Below the pieces are notes generated by a model that made no database searches, was not told where the DNA came from, and saw only the letters and a program-made list of their open reading frames with translations. A stretch of DNA of 64,000 nt from the human T2T-CHM13v2.0 reference genome, Homo sapiens. Position numbers and translations under genes: made by a program. Where the stretch lies: assembly GCF_009914755.1 (NCBI RefSeq), contig NC_060925.1. The stretch is one strand, 5' to 3'. Below are positions 59,883 to 64,000 of the stretch, piece after piece. Every line of letters starts with the position of its first letter. Position 1 is the first letter of the stretch.

Positions 59883-61698
59883 CTAGCAACTTGCCCCAAG
59901 ATTCTCAGCTTGTAGATGATGGAGCTGCAGTTGAAACCCAGTCCTGTTAGTCTCAAAGCCTGTGGCCTTTCCTTTGCACTCTGATGACACAAGCATCATC
60001 ATGTGGCTTATTTAAAGCAAGGCTGGATGACCTCTGGAACTAATACAGTATCTTGGGAATAACTGCAGTGAACTCTTGAGGGTGTTTTGAATCTGACATT
60101 TTGAAATCAACTTTGAGTACTCATCCCGCCACTTACTATTCTGGTCTAGAAGACAGACCTCTTCCTGCTCTTTTATCTGCAAATTGCCTTAGGTCTTCAA
60201 GTTACCTCTTTCTTTCCCCTAAGTACAACACCTCAACTATTGTGCAGTTTGTTTCCTGGTGCAGTCCTAGTAATATGCCCTGAAGAGCTAGAAAGAGACT
60301 GAACCATTACTGTACTTTCTCATTAAAGGAAATTACTTGTATTTCTGCTCTAAGGTTGCGCCAACTCATTGTTCATGCAATGTGACCAACTATATGACAA
60401 AATTCAATCAGTCTAGAAAATTTCCACAGAAGCCAAAGAAGAGCCTCCCACTCAGCAGCAATCACTGTAAACACAAATCACAATATTTGCACTTACATGA
60501 GCCATGGATGGATTACATTATCTACCTCTGCTTCATTTAGATGATCAACGGCATGCAGCTGGGGAATACAGAGACACAGAAAAAGCCCTGAAAACCCTCA
60601 GAAGTGGGATGGATTAATCTTTTCCTGAAGAATCATTGGCTCCAATGAAGCAGGGAATGAACACAATGCACCAGAGCTACCCAGGGGGCCCTGGGCACCT
60701 CAGCAAGGCCTTCTCCTGGCCTAGGACCTTGGAGTGGGATCACATGAGATTCCAAGAGATTCTCACCATGGCCCCCTCAAAGGGAGCCTCTCATTTGTCT
60801 TTTGAATGCTCAGCTATTCAACTAAAAGTATATTAAAAATGCCCGCTTTGGATCTGATTCAAAATAATCTAGCCAGATGGGAGAGTTGTAGATGAAACAG
60901 ATTGGCCATAAGTTAATCATTATTGAATCTGAGTGATGGCTGCATGTGGGGAGCCATTATTATATTCTCTGTTCTTTTGCATATTTTTGAAATTTCCCAT
61001 AAATAAAAGTTTTAAAAGGTTGCATATGAATATAATCTGGTATAATTTTTCTGGGGAATAATTTAGTATTATATATTCAAAAGTCTTTAAAATGTGCAAA
61101 TCCTGTGACTCAGAACTTCTACTTCTAGGAATTTACTCTTAGGAAATAATCATGAATGGGTGAAAAGATTTATCTACAGGGATGTTAATGACAGTCTTGT
61201 TTATAATAGGGGAAGAAAAGAAAAGTGTTCAATAATGAGGACTGGTCAAATAAATGTTGGCATCTATTATGATAGACCATTATGGAGCCATTAAAATAAT
61301 CTTGGGTCTGGTGATGGTGAAGAGAAATGTCATTTCACACACTATTGATGGGAATAAATTTAATAACTGCTTTGCAAAGTGAGTTGGTATTATCGATCCT
61401 TGTTTAAAATGCTTACTTTGGCCCAGCAATTACATTATTAAGAATTTTTCCCATTGACAGACAAAAATGTATATACTGGGATAACTGCAGCATTCTTTAT
61501 AGTAGGAAAAAATGAAAACAATATAAATGTTCAACAAATAAAGATAAGTTGAATAAATTGTGGTTAACCATACAATGGAATACTCGAAGGCATTGTTTGT
61601 ATGTTATAATAATTATACCTAACATTCTTGAAAGATGTTCTAGGCATTGTTCTAAGTATTTTATACATGCTAATTTATTTAATATACTGGTATGAAAA

Positions 61699-62196
61699 TG
61701 TATCAGTTAGCCATTACTGTATAACACACTGCTCTAAAAATCAGTGGCTTACAGCAATAAACTTTTTTTATTGCTTGATTGACCTTCCTCCTGACTCTCT
61801 AAGCAGCTGTGGGTTGGGTAGGCAGCTCAGCTGATCTTGGGTAGGTTTTCTTATGTGTTTGGTGGTCATCTGGGGTAGGCTAGTTTAGAATTTTTTTTGG
61901 CTGTGACACTTGGCTTCCATAAAGACTTTCATATCCTAACAAACTAGCCTAGGCTTATTCACTTGGCAGTGGTAGAATTCCAAAAGAGAGTAGAAGCATG
62001 CAAAACTTCTTGATGCTTAGAGTCCAAACTGGCACACCATCACTCTTGCTGCATTCTGTTGGCCAAAGCAAACCCAGATTCAAGGGATAGCGGAATATTC
62101 TCCCTCTCTTGTTGAAAAGAGCTTCAAAGTGATGTTTCAAGGAGTATGAAAACAGGGAGGGGGATATAAAAAAATTTTTGTAATAAATATTCTACA
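61699..62196 (-). mobile_element. MLT1-type LTR
   Basis: TGTATCAGTTAGC...CAGTGGCTTACAGCAATAA...CATTCTGTTGGCCAAAGCAA. Confidence 0.75.
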
Positions 62197-62291
62197 TATC
62201 TAAAATGAACAGTGAGTTTTGTGTGCTCCTTTTTGTCCAGTAAAAAGATAAAACACCAGACACATCAACACATACAGATACAAACACACAT

Positions 62292-62294
<3 letters not shown>

Positions 62295-62325
<31 letters not shown>
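62295..62325. repeat. (CA)n microsatellite
   Basis: Visible directly. Confidence 0.95.
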
Positions 62326-62326
<1 letters not shown>

Positions 62327-62549
62327 ACATACATGCACATAACTGGAAGATTTCTATCAGGTACACAAAATTACCATTCACTATAGTTACCCTGGTGAAA
62401 TTCTACTTCTTGAATAGAACTGGGGTATTGGGTCAGAGACAGACTTTCTTTTTATTGAACACCCTTTTATACTGTTTGAATTGTTTTGCCATATGAATAA
62501 ACTAAACTTACAATTTTAAAAAACAGATATCAAAATTAAAAGATCTCAA

Positions 62550-62695
62550 AAAAGGAAATCAAAATGCATAGAACTGAATGAAAGTGAAAATACAAAGTAT
62601 CAAAATTTGTGGGATGCATCTAAGGCATGGCTGAGAGGAAAATTCATAGCACTAAATGCTTCCATTAGAAAAGCAAAAAGATCACAAATTAAAAT
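62550..62695 (+). mobile_element. Old L1 ORF2 fragment
   Basis: Peptide [21 protein letters not shown]. Confidence 0.8.
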
Positions 62696-63654
62696 TCAAA
62701 GAAAAAGTGTAGCAAAATCATATTATATAACAACATTTAAGATACGAAAATGTGCGCAAAATGTTGTTAATGGAAACATGCAGGTTACAAGCAGTATAAA
62801 TGATGACATATAAATTTAAATATAAAAAAGGCTTAGATGCTGCACACCAAAATATTGACATTGGGTCATGAGGTGGTTTTGAATTTTCTTCTTTGTGATT
62901 GTCTGTATTTTCTATGTTTTCCTACAATTTACATTTATATTTTTTGGCCAGAGTATAGAAATGAAGGTCCTGTAAAAACAAGGAGCTAAGGTCCAAGGAT
63001 CTCAGGAAGAGCCTCAGTCCTCACATTCTTGGCTTTCTTTCCATTGGCTTCAGAACACCTAGGCAGAGATTATAATTTCTCCCATAGTTTGACTGGCATG
63101 GAAAATTTGTGTCCAAGTTCAGGCCCAACTTTTAGTCTTCCTCTCCTTTCTTCCTCACAACAGTGATATGAGAATGAAATAATTGGCTCCACTTAACAGA
63201 TAAGGAAATAGAGCCCCAGACCAGGGCTGAACTCAGTCCATAGTTCTTATTCACTCTATGTCACTGCTCCCTCCCTTCAGTGAAGCTGGAGGCAGGGTTA
63301 GACCTACCTACCCTGACTTCCACTCCCTTTTGGAGTTTGGACATCCATTGGAAACTGCCACATTCTGAGGATATAGCATTGAACAAGACCAACAAAATCC
63401 TTGCTCCATGGAGCTACATTCTAGCAAGAAAGACAGCTATGAAGCAATATAAAGATTAAATTATTCATTAAAATTGTGTTGAGTGCTTCAAGGGAAAGTA
63501 TAGGCTCCAAGAGAGGATATGACAGCAAGACCTGGTTTGGCCTGGGTCAAGGCAGACTTCTCTGGGGCATTGGTGTTTATACTGAAATCAGGTGATTATC
63601 ACCGCCTGTGCTGGATCCAGAAAATCCTGCATCCTGGGCAATTTCAAATGAACA

Positions 63655-63820
63655 CAGCTTCAGATATCACAGTGCAGTTGAGGAAGGAGCACCAGTCTAG
63701 GATCAGGAGACCCTGTTTTGGTCTCAGCCTTACTATTCATTAGTTCTGTGATCTTGGATAAGGTATTTGCATCTCTTAGCCCTCATTTTCTCATCAGTAA
63801 AAATGAAGAACTTAGATTAG
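63655..63820 (+). mobile_element. MIR
   Basis: CTGTGATCTTGGATAAG...CCTCATTTTCTCATCAGTAAAA. Confidence 0.7.
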
Positions 63821-64000
63821 CCAGTGGCTTGGTACTATTTTTTAAGCACATAACCTAAAACTCATTAAAGCTGAGCTGTTATAAAATCTTGTGTGTTTGC
63901 TCTTCTCCCCAACCTTTCTCCTTGATGACTGTGGCAGTCTCTAATTCCCCTCAAGGAACTTCCATGACCTGCAAACCAGTTTGAAAAATTCTGACCTACC

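Overview
Primate genomic DNA, hominoid because it carries an SVA, and probably human. It is intergenic or deep-intronic and mostly interspersed repeats. I found no host protein-coding exon, RNA gene or CpG-island promoter that the sequence supports. The long ORFs in the track come from L1 ORF1/ORF2, the SVA VNTR, Alu or low-complexity DNA. The largest structure is a full-length L1PA7-like element (46929-55912) carrying an antisense AluY, an SVA_A-type element and a 3' AluY. Repeat annotation does not explain four short local duplications: inverted pairs at 7.1/8.3 kb and 36.0/36.5 kb, a displaced direct pair at 16.6/18.8 kb and a tandem pair at 32.9 kb. Three of them are 175-187 bp despite different divergence. 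A probable retrotransposed mRNA 3'UTR fragment splits a MER63 at 22.1-22.6 kb. I found no new gene system. Subfamily calls rest on remembered consensus sequences and identities were counted by eye, so both need RepeatMasker or alignment confirmation.
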